Assembly (NCBI RefSeq): GCF_009914755.1
Contig: NC_060941.1
From: the human T2T-CHM13v2.0 reference genome, Homo sapiens
Reading direction: 5' to 3' (one strand)
DNA: 64,000 nt
Part shown: piece after piece, positions 39,800 to 55,472 of the stretch
How positions within the stretch are numbered: the first letter of the stretch is position 1
How the letters are laid out: each line of letters begins with the position of its first letter
Program-made: the position numbers and the translations under genes
Notes under the pieces: model-generated
Seen by the model: only the letters and a program-made list of their open reading frames with translations
The model's database searches: none
Told to the model about the DNA's origin: nothing

Positions 39800-41989
39800 C
39801 CGCCTGCCTTGGCCTCCCAAAGTGCCGAGATTGCAGCCTCTGCCCGGCCGCCACCCCGTCTGGGAAGTGAGGAGTGTCTCTGCCTGGCCACCCATCGTCT
39901 GGGATGTGAGGAGCCCCTCTGCCTGGCTGCCCAGTCTGGAAAGTGAGGAGCGTCTCCGCCCGGCCGCCATCCCATCTAGGAAGTGAGGAGCGCCTCTTCC
40001 CAGCCGCCATCACATCTAGGAAGTGAGGAGCGTCTCTGCCCGCCCGCCCATCGTCTGAGATGTGGGGAGCGCCTCTGCCCCGCCGCCCCATCTGGGATGT
40101 GAGGAGTGCCTCTGCCCTGCCGAGACCCCGTCTGGGAGGTGAGGAGCGTCTCTGCCCGGCCGCCCCGTCTGAGAAGTGAGGAGACCCTCTGCCTGGCAAC
40201 CACCCCGTCTGAGAAGTGAGGAGCCCCTCCGCCCGGCAGCTGCCCCGTCTGAGAAGTGAGGAGCCTCTCCGCCCGGCAGCCACCCCATCTGGGAAGTGAG
40301 GAGCGTCTCCGCCCGGCAGCCACCCCGTCCGGGAGGGAGGTGGGGGGGGTCAGCCCCCCACCCGGCCAGCCGCCCCATCCGGGAGGGAGGTGGGGGGGTC
40401 AGCCCCCCGCCTGGCCAGCCGTGCCGTCCGGGAGGGAGGTGGGGGGGTCAGCCCCCCGCCTGGCCAGCCGTGCCGTCCGGAAGGGAGGTGGGGGGGTCAG
40501 CCCCCTGCCCGGCCAGCCGCCCCGTCCGGGAGGTGAGGGGCGCCTCTGCCCGGCCGCCCCTACTGGGAAGTGAGGAGCCCCTCAGCCCGGCCAGCCACCC
40601 CGTCCTGGAGGGAGATGGGGGGGTCAGCCCCCCCACCCGGCCAGCCGCCCCGTCCGGGAGGGAGGTGGGGGGGTCAGCCCCCCGCCTGGCCAGCCACCCT
40701 GTCCGGGAGGGAGGTGGGGGGGTCAGCCCTCCGCCCGGCCAGCCGCCCCGTCTGGGAGGTGAGGGGCGCCTCTGCCCAGCCGCCCCTACTGGGAAGTGAG
40801 GAGCCCCTCTGCCCGGCCAGCTGCCCCGTCCGGGAGGGAGGTTGGGGGGTCAGCCCCCCGCCCGGCCAGCCGCCCTGTCCGGGAGGGAGGTGGGGGGGTC
40901 AGCCCTCCGCCCGGCCAGCCGCCCCGTCTGGGAGGTGAGGGGCGCCTCTGCCCAGCCGCCCCTACTGGGAAGTGAGGAGCCCCTCTGCCCGGCCAGCCGC
41001 CCCGTCCTGGAGGGAGGTGGGGGTGTCGGCCCCCCGCCCGGCCAGCCGCCCCGTCCGGGAGGGAGGTGGGGGGGTCGGCCCCCCGCCCGGCCAGCCGCCC
41101 CGTCCGGGAGGGAGGTGGGGGGGGTCAGCCCCCCTGCCCGGCCAGCCGCCCCGTCCGGGAGGTGAGGGGCGCCTCTGCCCGGCCGCCCCTACTGGGAAGT
41201 GAGGAGCCCCTCTGCCCGGCCAGCCGCCCCGTCCGGGAGGGAGGTGGGGGGGTCGGCCCCCCGCCCGGCCAGCCGCCCCGTCCGGGAGGGAGGTGGGGGT
41301 GTTGGCCCCCCGCCCGGCCAGCCGCCCCGTCCGGGAGGGAGGTGGGGGGGGTCAGCCCCCCTGCCCGGCCAGCCGCCCCGTCTGGGAGGTGAGGGGCGCC
41401 TCTGCCCGGCCGCCCCTACTGGGAAGTGAGGAGCCCCTCTGCCCGGCCACCACCCCGTCTGGGAGGTGTGCCCAACGGCTCATTGAGAACGGGCCATGAT
41501 GACAATGGTGGCTTTGTGGAATAGAAAGGCGGGAAAGGTGGGGAAAGGATTGAGAAATTGGATGGTTGCCGTGTCTGTGTAGAAGGAGGTAGACATGGGA
41601 GACTTTTCATTTTGTTCTGCACTAAGAAAAATTCCTCTGCCTTGGGATCCTGTTGATCTGTGACCTTGCCCCCAACCCTGTGCTCTCTGAAACATGTGCT
41701 GTGTCCACTCAGGGTTAAATGGATTAAGGGCGGTGCAAGATGTGCTTTGTTAAACAGATGCTTGAAGGCAGCATGCTCGTTAAGAGTCATCACCAATCCC
41801 TAATCTCAAGTAATCAGGGACACAAACACTGCGGAAGGCCGCAGGGTCCTCTGCCTAGGAAAACCAGAGACCTTTGTTCACTTGTTTATCTGCTGACCTT
41901 CCCTCCACTATTGTCCCATGACCCTGCCAAATCCCCCTCTGTGAGAAACACCCAAAAATTATCAATAAAAAAACAAATTAAAAAAAAAA
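39647..41989 (+). mobile_element. SVA_F1 retrotransposon (MAST2-SVA chimera), 5'-truncated within the MAST2 portion
   Basis: MAST2 exon 1 sequence joined to the SVA Alu-like domain (CCGCCTGCCTTGGCCTCCCAAAGTGCCGAG). GC-rich VNTR to ~41470, SINE-R, AATAAA at 41964-41969 and an A tail. No CCCTCT hexamers. TSD-like AAATTTTTT(TTT)C on both sides. Confidence 0.95.
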
Positions 41990-42650
41990 TTTTTTTTTCA
42001 TGAAGTAATGTGCAATTGCTGTAAAGATTTCCAATAACATTGAGGCATTATAGTGGACATCTTTTATTTTTGCTCATCTAGTATCTATTCTTTCTTCTGG
42101 TAACACCACCTGATTTCCCTTTGGGGAGCTATCTCTCTTCCAATTTCCATTCATGTGTTTCAGATGGGACTGAGCCCACCTCTCAGCTCCAGAGACTGGC
42201 CAAGAGCCAGGCATGGCCAGGGTGATGATGAACCTGGCAAGGCTAATGGGAATCAATTCTGGAACTTTAGTTAAAACTACTGGGAAAGAGAGGTTCCCTT
42301 TCTCTACTGTGACTCACACCTGACAAATAGAATATGGTGGAAGTGATGCTGTGTTACTTCCAAGGACATAGCTTCCACTCAGTACCCTCTTTCTTGAATC
42401 ACTCACTCTGGGGGAAGGCAGCCACCATATTGTGAGGCCACCCAAGCAGCCTTGAGGAGAGGACCTTGTGAAGAACAACTAGGGCATCAGCCATGTGAGT
42501 GAACCACTTTGGGGTTTTTCATTTGTTTGTTTGTTTGTTTTGAAACAGGGTCTCACTCTGTCACTCAAGCTGGAGTGCAGTGGCATGATCTCCACTCACT
42601 GCAACCTCCACCTCCCAGGCTCAGGTGATCCTCTCACCTCAGCCTTCTGA

Positions 42651-42893
<243 letters not shown>

Positions 42894-44578
42894 TGAGTGA
42901 TCCTGAGCCAGAACTGCTCAGCTAATCTGTTCCTGACCACAGAAACTTTGAGAGATAATAAATGTTTGTTGTTGTTTTAAGCCACTAAGTTTTTTGTTTG
43001 TTTGTTTGTTTGTTTTTGAGATAGAGTCTCACCCTATCGCCCAGGCTGGAGTGCAGTGGCACGATCTCAACTCACTAAAACTTCCACCTCCCGGACTTAA
43101 GCAATCCTCCCAACTCAGCCTCCCAAGTAGCTAGGACTACAGGAGTGCGCCACCATGCCGAGCTAATTTTTGTATTTTTAGTAGAGACAGAGTTTCACCA
43201 TGTTGGTCAGGCTGATCTTGAACTCCTGACTTCAGGTGATCTGCCTGCCTTGGCCTCTCAAAATGCTGACATTACGGGCATGAGCCACCATGCTCAGCCA
43301 TAAGCCACTAAGTGTTTAGATAATTTGTTATGTGGCAAGAGATAACTAATACAAGATTAGTTTAGGAATCCAAACCTAAGCCTATCAGCATGTGGCATTC
43401 CCCTGTGAACTTTGCTGGTTCAAGAATAGGTATGTTATGAAATTGTCCTAATTAGACCCAGGGACAGACTTATAAACAGCTGGGTGAATAGCTCTCTTCT
43501 ACTACCCATAAACATGAAAACCTATGTTCAAAGTGTGGCTGGCAGCCATCATTATAAATAAAGCCCTCATTAGTGCACTTGATGAGTCTTAAGAAAGAAA
43601 GTGGCTGGGTGTGGTGGCTAATTCCTGTAATCTCAGCACTTGGGAAGGCCATGGCAGGCAGATGGCTTGAGGCCAGGAGTTTGAAATCAGCCTGTGAAAC
43701 ATGGGGAAACCTTGTCTCCACAAAAAATACAAAAATGAGCTGGGCATAGTGCCACATGCCTGTGGTAGCAGCTACTCAGGAGGCTGAGGTAAGAGGATCG
43801 CTTGAGCCTGGGAGGTCAAGGCTGCAGCAAGCCGTGATTGCACCACTGCACTCCAGCCTGGGCAACAGAGCAAGACCCTGTCTCCAAAAAAATAAAAGCC
43901 AACTTTAGGGTGAATATAATATTGTAGATAGCAAATCAGATGGACCTAATAAATTGCGTCCTTGGTGAAATTATTGAGCTACTGAAATAAATAACCATAA
44001 ACCCCTCCTTAACTTTAACCTTCTAGTTATATGAGCCAATACAGTTCCTTATCATCTTAGCCACAATAGCCTTCTTTATGTTAGCATTTGCTTTAATAGA
44101 AACACTTCCCAGTATTATCAAACTCTTTTAGTAATGTTGTTTTAGGTATATCTTATGTAAATTGTAAATGGCTGGGATTTTTTTCTTTTCTCAACATGAC
44201 TTTGACTTTGGGAGAATTTACTACATGATCATAGCTCACTGAAGCCTCTGACTCCTAAGCTCAAAGGATCCTTCCCACCTTGGCTTCCTGAGTAGCTGGG
44301 ACTACAGGTGTGCACCACCACACATGGCTGATCCAACGTTTTGAAATCTGGATCTTTTACATAGAAATTAAGTTGTGTATCCACACTTTAAAAATTAGAG
44401 GATCTATAATGTGAGGCCCCTTAATCTCACATCACTGAGTGGTGGCTGGCCCCTTTAGATGGGGTATGTACCCGCTGGTTCACCACAGTGCCCCCCATTC
44501 TATGTTATTTTTCCAAAGTGGAGAGAATTTTAGTTTATATTTATGGTCTCTCCTTGCACTATTTTTTTCTTATGGTAG

Positions 44579-45232
<654 letters not shown>

Positions 45233-45374
45233 TAACTCACTTCCACTTTTGTTGTGATTTAGTTCAACATTGTTATTCATCTTTCTTATTAAGTCTCTTC
45301 TAAGAATCTTTTCTGACAAATTGCACTAAACATCAAAACCACTATCAACAACTATTTAATCTATACAGCTGTAA

Positions 45375-45957
<583 letters not shown>

Positions 45958-46837
45958 TGATCTGCCGGCCTTGGCCTCCCAAAGTGCTGGGATTACAGGC
46001 GTGAGCCACTGCGCCCCGCCTACTCATCACTGTTTCTTATATATCACCCCTGCCCTTTTTTGAGCTTTTTATTGTAATTCATCTGTCATTTTGCTACAGT
46101 TCTTCTTTCTTAAGGGAAAAAAAATATCTGTTGATAGATGGTTTGCACTCCCTCAAAACTTGTCAGTTACTGGGCTATTCAATTTCGCTTGAGCTAGGCC
46201 TCCCACCCCAAGGCTGCAGCATTCTGCTGGCCAGTTTCACCCTGAGTATGATGAGTGGCCATGGAACTGGCTGACAAGCTAAGACCCTGCCGGAGCAAGA
46301 AAGCAAGGGAAGTGGTGGAGGCTTAAGGGACTTCGCTGATGTGATTTGACTGTTGTGCTGAGTCTTTCTCTTTTTGTCCCCAATTCTCTCTCTTCTTGTT
46401 TGTTGTAGTTGCCTAAAATTAGTTGGATCTCAGCTAGCCAATCTCTCTGGCTGCCTAGGTAAATTGCCATTTCAAAGAGAGTCAAGCATACTAGTGTAAA
46501 ATTGTGATCCTTTTCCCCTAAAACAGGAAACACTGCTCCACTGTCTTTTTGTATCTATTGCTGCATATGAGAAAACATGAAAAGTTATGAGTTTCTTTTT
46601 ATCTTTGGAATATGGAAAAGTCACCAGACTCACTTGGAATTATCTTCAATTCCTCTCTTTCTCACACCCCACCACCTTCTACCTATCAGTAAATCTTGTT
46701 AGTTCTACCTTCAAGATGGAGTTCAGGCATGGTGGCTCACACCTGTAATACCTAACTTTGGGATGCCAAGGTGGGAGGATCACCTGAGCCCAGGATTTTG
46801 AGACCAGCCTGGGCAACATGGTGAGACCCCCATCTTA

Positions 46838-47238
46838 TATAGCTGAAAGAACACTCAAGGGGCCATAGGCAGGTGAAAGATGGTTTCATTCAGCAGCTCT
46901 CTTACACTGTCTGTCTCTGTCTCAGCTACCTGTTCTGGCTCTGTGACTCCTGCCACTCCCACACACAGCTGCAAAGCCAGCTGTCTCTACAGGGTCAGAA
47001 GCTTAACACTTTCTCTCTCTGGGCAAGAGCATGCCTGTACAACATCAGCAGGGCAGTTATACCTTTTACAGACAATAGTGGCTCCAAGCCAAGTGATGAG
47101 CCTTCCCATGTTATGCCTATGTAGCTGTGATTATATAACAAGCAAAGTTATGCACCTGCACTCCAAACTTGCTGAGTCATGTGGGATGTTTACCTTGGCC
47201 CATGCCTGCCTCGCTGCATTGCAGCCATGTTCCTTACA
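46838..47238 (-). mobile_element. Shorter LTR18-family solo LTR
   Basis: Shares blocks with the proviral LTRs (GAAAGAACAC, GCAGGTGAA, AGGGTCAG, CAGACAATAGTGGCTC, TTATATAACAAG, CCTTACA end) but is ~400 bp. Confidence 0.8.
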
Positions 47239-47598
47239 CAGGAGGATCCCTTGAGCCCGGGAGTTTGAGGTCAGCCCAGGGAACATAGCAACAGCCTGTC
47301 TCTAAAAAAAAAAAAAAAAAAAAAGTAAAATATTTTTAAAATTTAGGAAGCTGCCAGGGATGGCTCCTCCAAAATAAGGAGTAAACCAAGCAGGAGGAAA
47401 AATATGACACAAAATGAAGGGTACAACCAAAAGAGTGGTATAAAGTAAACCACTAGGATGGTTGTAAAGGGAGATACCAATGAGACAGTGGTATAGGCCT
47501 AGAGAGGAACCAATACAGATTGGAGCAGGCCAGAAGGGTCTGGAAGAGATTTCCAAAGAAAGATTCAATTAATAGATTATGATTGCTAGAAAAACACT

Positions 47599-50361
47599 TG
47601 TTAGATCCTGGTGTCTGGGTCCAGCCATGCTGAAGTCTGAGGGGAGTGGGTGGATGAGCAGAAAGAACACTTGATGGGCTGTAGGCAGGTGAATATGGTT
47701 TTATTTAGCAGCAGCTCTCTTACACGGTTTACTCAAACTAGCTCTTTTACATTGTCCACCCTGTCTCAACTGCTTAGTCTGGTGGCTCCCACATACACCT
47801 GTGCAGCAGGCTTTCCCTTGCCTTCAGGGTCAGCAGCTTAACTCTTTTTCTCTCTGGGCATGAGCAAGCCAAGCTGTGTCCTGGCTCCCTCCTGTCCATC
47901 TGTAAAATGGACAGCTTTGGCTCTCTCTGTCTCTCTTTCTCTGGGTGCCAGTGCATCCCCCATGTCAAGCCATGTTGAGCCGAGCCAAGCCCCCAGGTCC
48001 CCCGTACAGCATTAACAGGGCAGACAATAGTGGCTCAGAGCCAAGTATGAACTTAACACAAACAAGTTATATAACAAGTGAAGGTGTGCGCCTGCGCACC
48101 AAACTCACTGAGTTACGCAGGCCTTGGATATCCACCTCGGCCTGTTCCTTGACCAAAGCACATCCATATGTACCTTACACTCCACCCCCTAGGCCAAACG
48201 AGACATATGCCTTGGACACACAGGTTTGATCCACAGGTTTGGCATACAGGCCTGACATATAAACTTTGGGCATGCAGGCCCAATACATACACAGGCTTGA
48301 CACATAAGCCTGACACACAAGCCTTGGGCACACAAGCCCGATACATACATAAGCTTCTGGGTACGCAGGCCCCTTGCATACATAAGCTATGATAAACTGC
48401 CCAGCTACTGGCGCAGATTACCTTAGGTGTCACCTCCTTGGTGATTACCATTCACACTGCCTTGAGTTTAGCTTATTAACCACTTTGCCCATACCTGCTT
48501 TCAAACCATATGATGTCAGTACTAGCCTGGACTGCACCAGCAGTCCAGGCAGCAGTAGCACCCCAGCTGGACCCACTTGTACACGATACCCTATTAGGAA
48601 TGGGGGGGTGTGCTTCCTAATGGTGAAGGCTTAGGTCTAGGGGTGCCTCAGGCCTCATGGCCTCATCTTGCATTAGGACTACTACTCAGGAGGCTGAGGC
48701 AGGAGAATTGCTTGAACCCAGGTGGCGGAGGTCGCAGGGAGCTGAGATCGTGCCCTGCACTCCAGCCTGGGCGACAGAGCAAGACTCCATCTCAAAAAAA
48801 AAAAAAAAAAAGAAAAAGAAAAAAGAAAAAGTCCATTGTTGCCCTCCCATGAAGGCAAACTGTTCCTGGCTCTCTGGACAAGAAGTCCCAGTTCCGTTGT
48901 CAAGCGGTCGGCAAGTCCGTGACAGACAATACAGCTGCCAAGCCGTGCAAAACATCCACCCCCAGAATGTCTTCAGGTATGTGAGACACATACACAGTGC
49001 ATAAGTGGAGAGCCAAGCAGCGGATGCCAAGATGCAAAGACACAGGTTTTACTTTCACTGACCAACTTTCATAGCTGTTCATGCGGCTCTGCCCGGAAAC
49101 TTATCCGGGTTCAGAGACCAGTGGATTGCCAAATCCACATGTGGCTCTGGTTTTCCAGTGCCCCGCAAGCCGGCACCTTGGCCAGTTCTCTTATCAAGCA
49201 GAAAAGGCTTTACACTTCCGCCAACTGCAGCAGGTACTCTTTGAACTGGAATGCTCGAGTAGGACTAGGTTGCGCAGCAATGTCCTTCTCCCGAATGACT
49301 TGCACTAAGTCTGTACACAACTGGCGACATTAGTTGCTTAACTCCCTCAATTCAGCGGGGACACAGGCACCATAGGAAATGTGTTCCACCACGATGGGGG
49401 GTCTCTGGGCCTCCTCTTGGGGCCCAACAGCTGTTCATGCTCTATTTTCTGACGGACTACCGGGCAAGCCTGCAACGGAGGTTCCTCCTCCCTGCGCTGC
49501 ATCCTGCAGGGATTGGGCATTCATTTCCCTCAGCATAGTCGCAAATGCCCATCTGACTCTGCTGGCAAAGGTATGTTCCTTTCAATGCTGTGCATTTCCA
49601 GGTGATTCAGCGCCTTCTCCACACTCATAGGGGATCTGTACACTGCCTCCCATGTTTCCACTGGGGCTCATCCAAGCAGCACCACTGCGACCGGGTACCA
49701 CAGCTCATGCTGCGGCCACGTAGCCGTCCCGGGAGCCCTCAGGGGCTGAAGACCCACTCACCTCCTTCCATCCTCGTCGCCAGTTGTTAGATCCTGGGGT
49801 CTGGGTCCAGCCCATGCTGAAGTCTAAGGGCAGTAGGTGGATGAGCAGAAAGAACACTGGGTGGCCGGCCATAGGCAGGTGAATTTGGTTCTATTTAGCA
49901 GCAGCTGTCTTACACAGCTTACTCAAACTAGCTCTTTTAGACTGTCCACCCTGTCTTGGCTGCTTAGTCCGGCGACTCCCACACACACCTGTGTGGCCAG
50001 CTCTCCCTTGCCTTTAGGGTCAGCAGCTTAACTCTTTTTCTCTCTGGACACGAGCAAGCTGAACTGCGTCATGGCTCCCTCCTATCAGTCTGCAAGACAG
50101 ACAGCTTTGGCTCTCTCTCTCTTTGGGCGTCAACACACGCTCCATGTCAAGCCATATTGAGCCGAGCCCAGAGCCCCTGTATAGCGTTAGCAGGGCAATT
50201 ATACCTTTTTCAGACAATAGTGGCTCAGAGCCAAGTATGAACTTACACCAAAAGGTTATATAACAAGTGGAGATGTGCGCTTGTGCGCCAAACTCACTGA
50301 GTTATGCAGGCCTGGATATCCACCTGGGCCTATCGACCAAAGCATATCCATATACCTTACA
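47599..50361 (-). mobile_element. Internally deleted HERV-S (HERVL18/LTR18) provirus
   Basis: Two homologous ~580-bp LTRs (47599-48179 and 49785-50361, TG...CA). PBS at 49765-49782 and polypurine tract AGGGGGTGGAG at 48180-48190 (minus strand). Degenerate TSD ACACT/CCACT. Only ~1.6 kb of internal sequence remains. Confidence 0.88.
49765..49782 (-). other. Primer binding site for tRNA-Ser
   Basis: Minus strand TGGCGACGAGGATGGAAG lies 2 nt after the 5' LTR. It matches at 16/18 positions the complement of the tRNA-Ser(GCT) 3' end ATCCCATCCTCGTCGCCA (recalled). Confidence 0.85.
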
Positions 50362-50581
50362 CCACTGTTTTGAATGTATCAAGAGCAGATTTATATAACT
50401 GGAGTAAGTTTGGGGTTAAATTAATAATAAATAATTTAAAAGCCAGATAAATGAACAAACAATAACCCCAGGAAAGACAAAAATGTAAAAGGGAAAGTAA
50501 TCATACTATAATATTAGCATGGATAAAAATAGCATTTTTCGGCTGGGTGTGGTGGCTCATGCCTATAATCCCAACGCTTTA

Positions 50582-50848
<267 letters not shown>

Positions 50849-50850
50849 TT

Positions 50851-51432
50851 ACTTCTCCTTCCTGCCACTTTGTGAAGAAGTTGCTTTGCTTCTCCTTTGC
50901 CTTCCACCATGATTAAGCTAGGAGAGGATATGCCTGCACAACATGGCAGATTATCAATGGGGGACCTGAGAAACTGAAGTTCTATACACATCAGGGGCTG
51001 AGAGGATGCTCCAGGTGATGGTGAAGTAAGCTCCAGCAGGACAAGTGGAGCATGGAGTATACCTTCAATTAGAAAGCCAAAACAATGTGAACTGTTGAAA
51101 ACTGCTGTCACTGATTCTCTCCAAGCTGAGGGAATACGCAAGGTCCCTGCCTCCCACGAAAAGCCGCTCTTAATATTCATCCAGCAGGATTGTATGGAAA
51201 TCAAGAAATCCAAAAGGGCTGTGAAATATTGATGTTCTGTTCAGTTTCAAGACCTCTGAAATGCAAAGTGATATGTACACTAAACACACAAGAAAATGCA
51301 AATACCTTTATAACACTTTTCTCATAGTTCTATTTTCATCCCTATTGGAAGCAAGTCGTTAACATTCATTTTATCGTAAATATAATGGCAATGAATTTTA
51401 ATGTGCACAAATTAAAATATTTTATAAATTTT
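50851..51432 (+). pseudogene. Probable retrocopy of a THE1-LTR-initiated spliced non-coding transcript
   Basis: 64-nt THE1D-like segment ending at ...CCACCATGATT, joined to unrelated sequence. ATTAAA at 51411-51416. Flanked by repeats of AAAAA(T/C)AGCATTTT. Confidence 0.7.
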
Positions 51433-52175
51433 AAAAATAGCATTTTACATTATTCAACTTATGGAACTATTTGACTCTAGATTATATGATTGTATAACCT
51501 GAAAAAACTAATTATAAAATATTTTATATCATTCAATTTAGGGTATTAGATAAAAAAATTAACTCATAGTGACTAAGCTGGTTAATTATTGCCCTTAAAT
51601 GGATATTAAAAGCGAATTTTTCTCTTTGATAAAGTAACTAGCAAATGATTAAATGTTGTGAAAGTGTTTCCTGGTATATGGATTCACTGAATTCCTTTGA
51701 CCCACTTAAACAGAACATGTGACATTCATGAAATAGTAACTTAATAGCTTTAAAACAGCTGTTCTGTAGCTCCAAATTAATTTAGCTTTTCTCTCTCAAC
51801 ATGTCTACTTTATGAGAAAAAAGCGTGAGAAATGAGTTGTTCTTTTGCTTTCAGGCCCTGTCCTACCATGAGCTGAAGAGGCAGCAACATACGTGTTTGG
51901 AGTTTAGTAGGGACTGAGAAGCGGGGAAAAGAACTGCCTAACCAAAGGTATTGTTTCCACCTGACTTCCAAGATGTCAGAAAATTCTCCCTAGTAGATAC
52001 TCTTTTATACATGGACATTAGCTATTGTTGTTAAAATGAAAACAGGTTAAACCTATTACGTTATCATCACCTATCAATAATTTAGACTATCAGCTTATCA
52101 GATTTATTAGTCTTGTAGTGAAATCCTGTTGTTAAACAGCACAGAAACAGGAGAGAAGAAAGAATTGTCTAAGTC

Positions 52176-52710
52176 TGCACTGTCCAACAGAAATATAATA
52201 TGAGCCATATAAGTTGAAATTTTCTAGCAATTAGCAAGTAAAAAGAAACAGGTGAATTTTTTTCTTTTTTTCACTTCCTCCTCTTCCAAGGTGAAATTAT
52301 TTTTAATAACATATTTTTGTTAACCCAATATATCTAAAACATTTTCAAACATAAATCAATATAAAATTATTAAAGAGATATTTTGCATTCTTTTTCTGTA
52401 CTGTCTTTGAAATCCAGTGTATGTTTTACACTTACAGCACATCTTAATTTGAACTAGACACATTTGAAGTTCTTAATAGTCACATGTGGCTACCATATTG
52501 GACAAGCAGGTCTAAGTCAGTGGTTCCCAAAATGTGGTCCCTGGAGCAGCAGGATAAGCATCACCCTAAAACTTGTTAGAAATACAAATTCTCAGGCTCC
52601 ACCCCAGACCTACTGAATCAGAAACTCTGATAGTTGGGCTCAGCAACCTGTGGTTTAACAAGCCTTTCAGGTGATTCTGATAACATGTTAAATGTCACAA
52701 TCAGCAGTCT
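52176..52710. mobile_element. MER33-like followed by MER5A (hAT-Charlie MITEs)
   Basis: GCACTGTCCAACAGAAATATAAT...ATATTGGACA; then CAGTGGTTCCCAAAATGTGGTCC...GACCTACTGAATCAGAAACTCTG. Confidence 0.7.
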
Positions 52711-52871
52711 AAATTATGGGGAACTGGTTTTTCTTTGCTAAGTACATTTAACAGGGTTCAAAATTCAAAAAGTACAAAAACATACACAGTGAAAATCTTC
52801 CTTTCCTGCCAGGCACAAACCATCTATCTCCCTTTCCTAGAGGCAACCAAAATTTTATGTTGGTAGGCAGC

Positions 52872-55472
<2,601 letters not shown>

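Noticed and set aside
39850-41470. Regularly spaced repeats resembling a CRISPR array
   Set aside because: Tandem VNTR units without unique spacers, in eukaryotic DNA with no cas genes.
39976-41499. Multiple Pro/Gly/Arg-rich ORFs
   Set aside because: Translations of the SVA VNTR.
49765-49782. tRNA-like 3' end (…CCTCGTCGCCA)
   Set aside because: Only 18 nt next to an LTR, so it is a primer binding site and not a tRNA gene.
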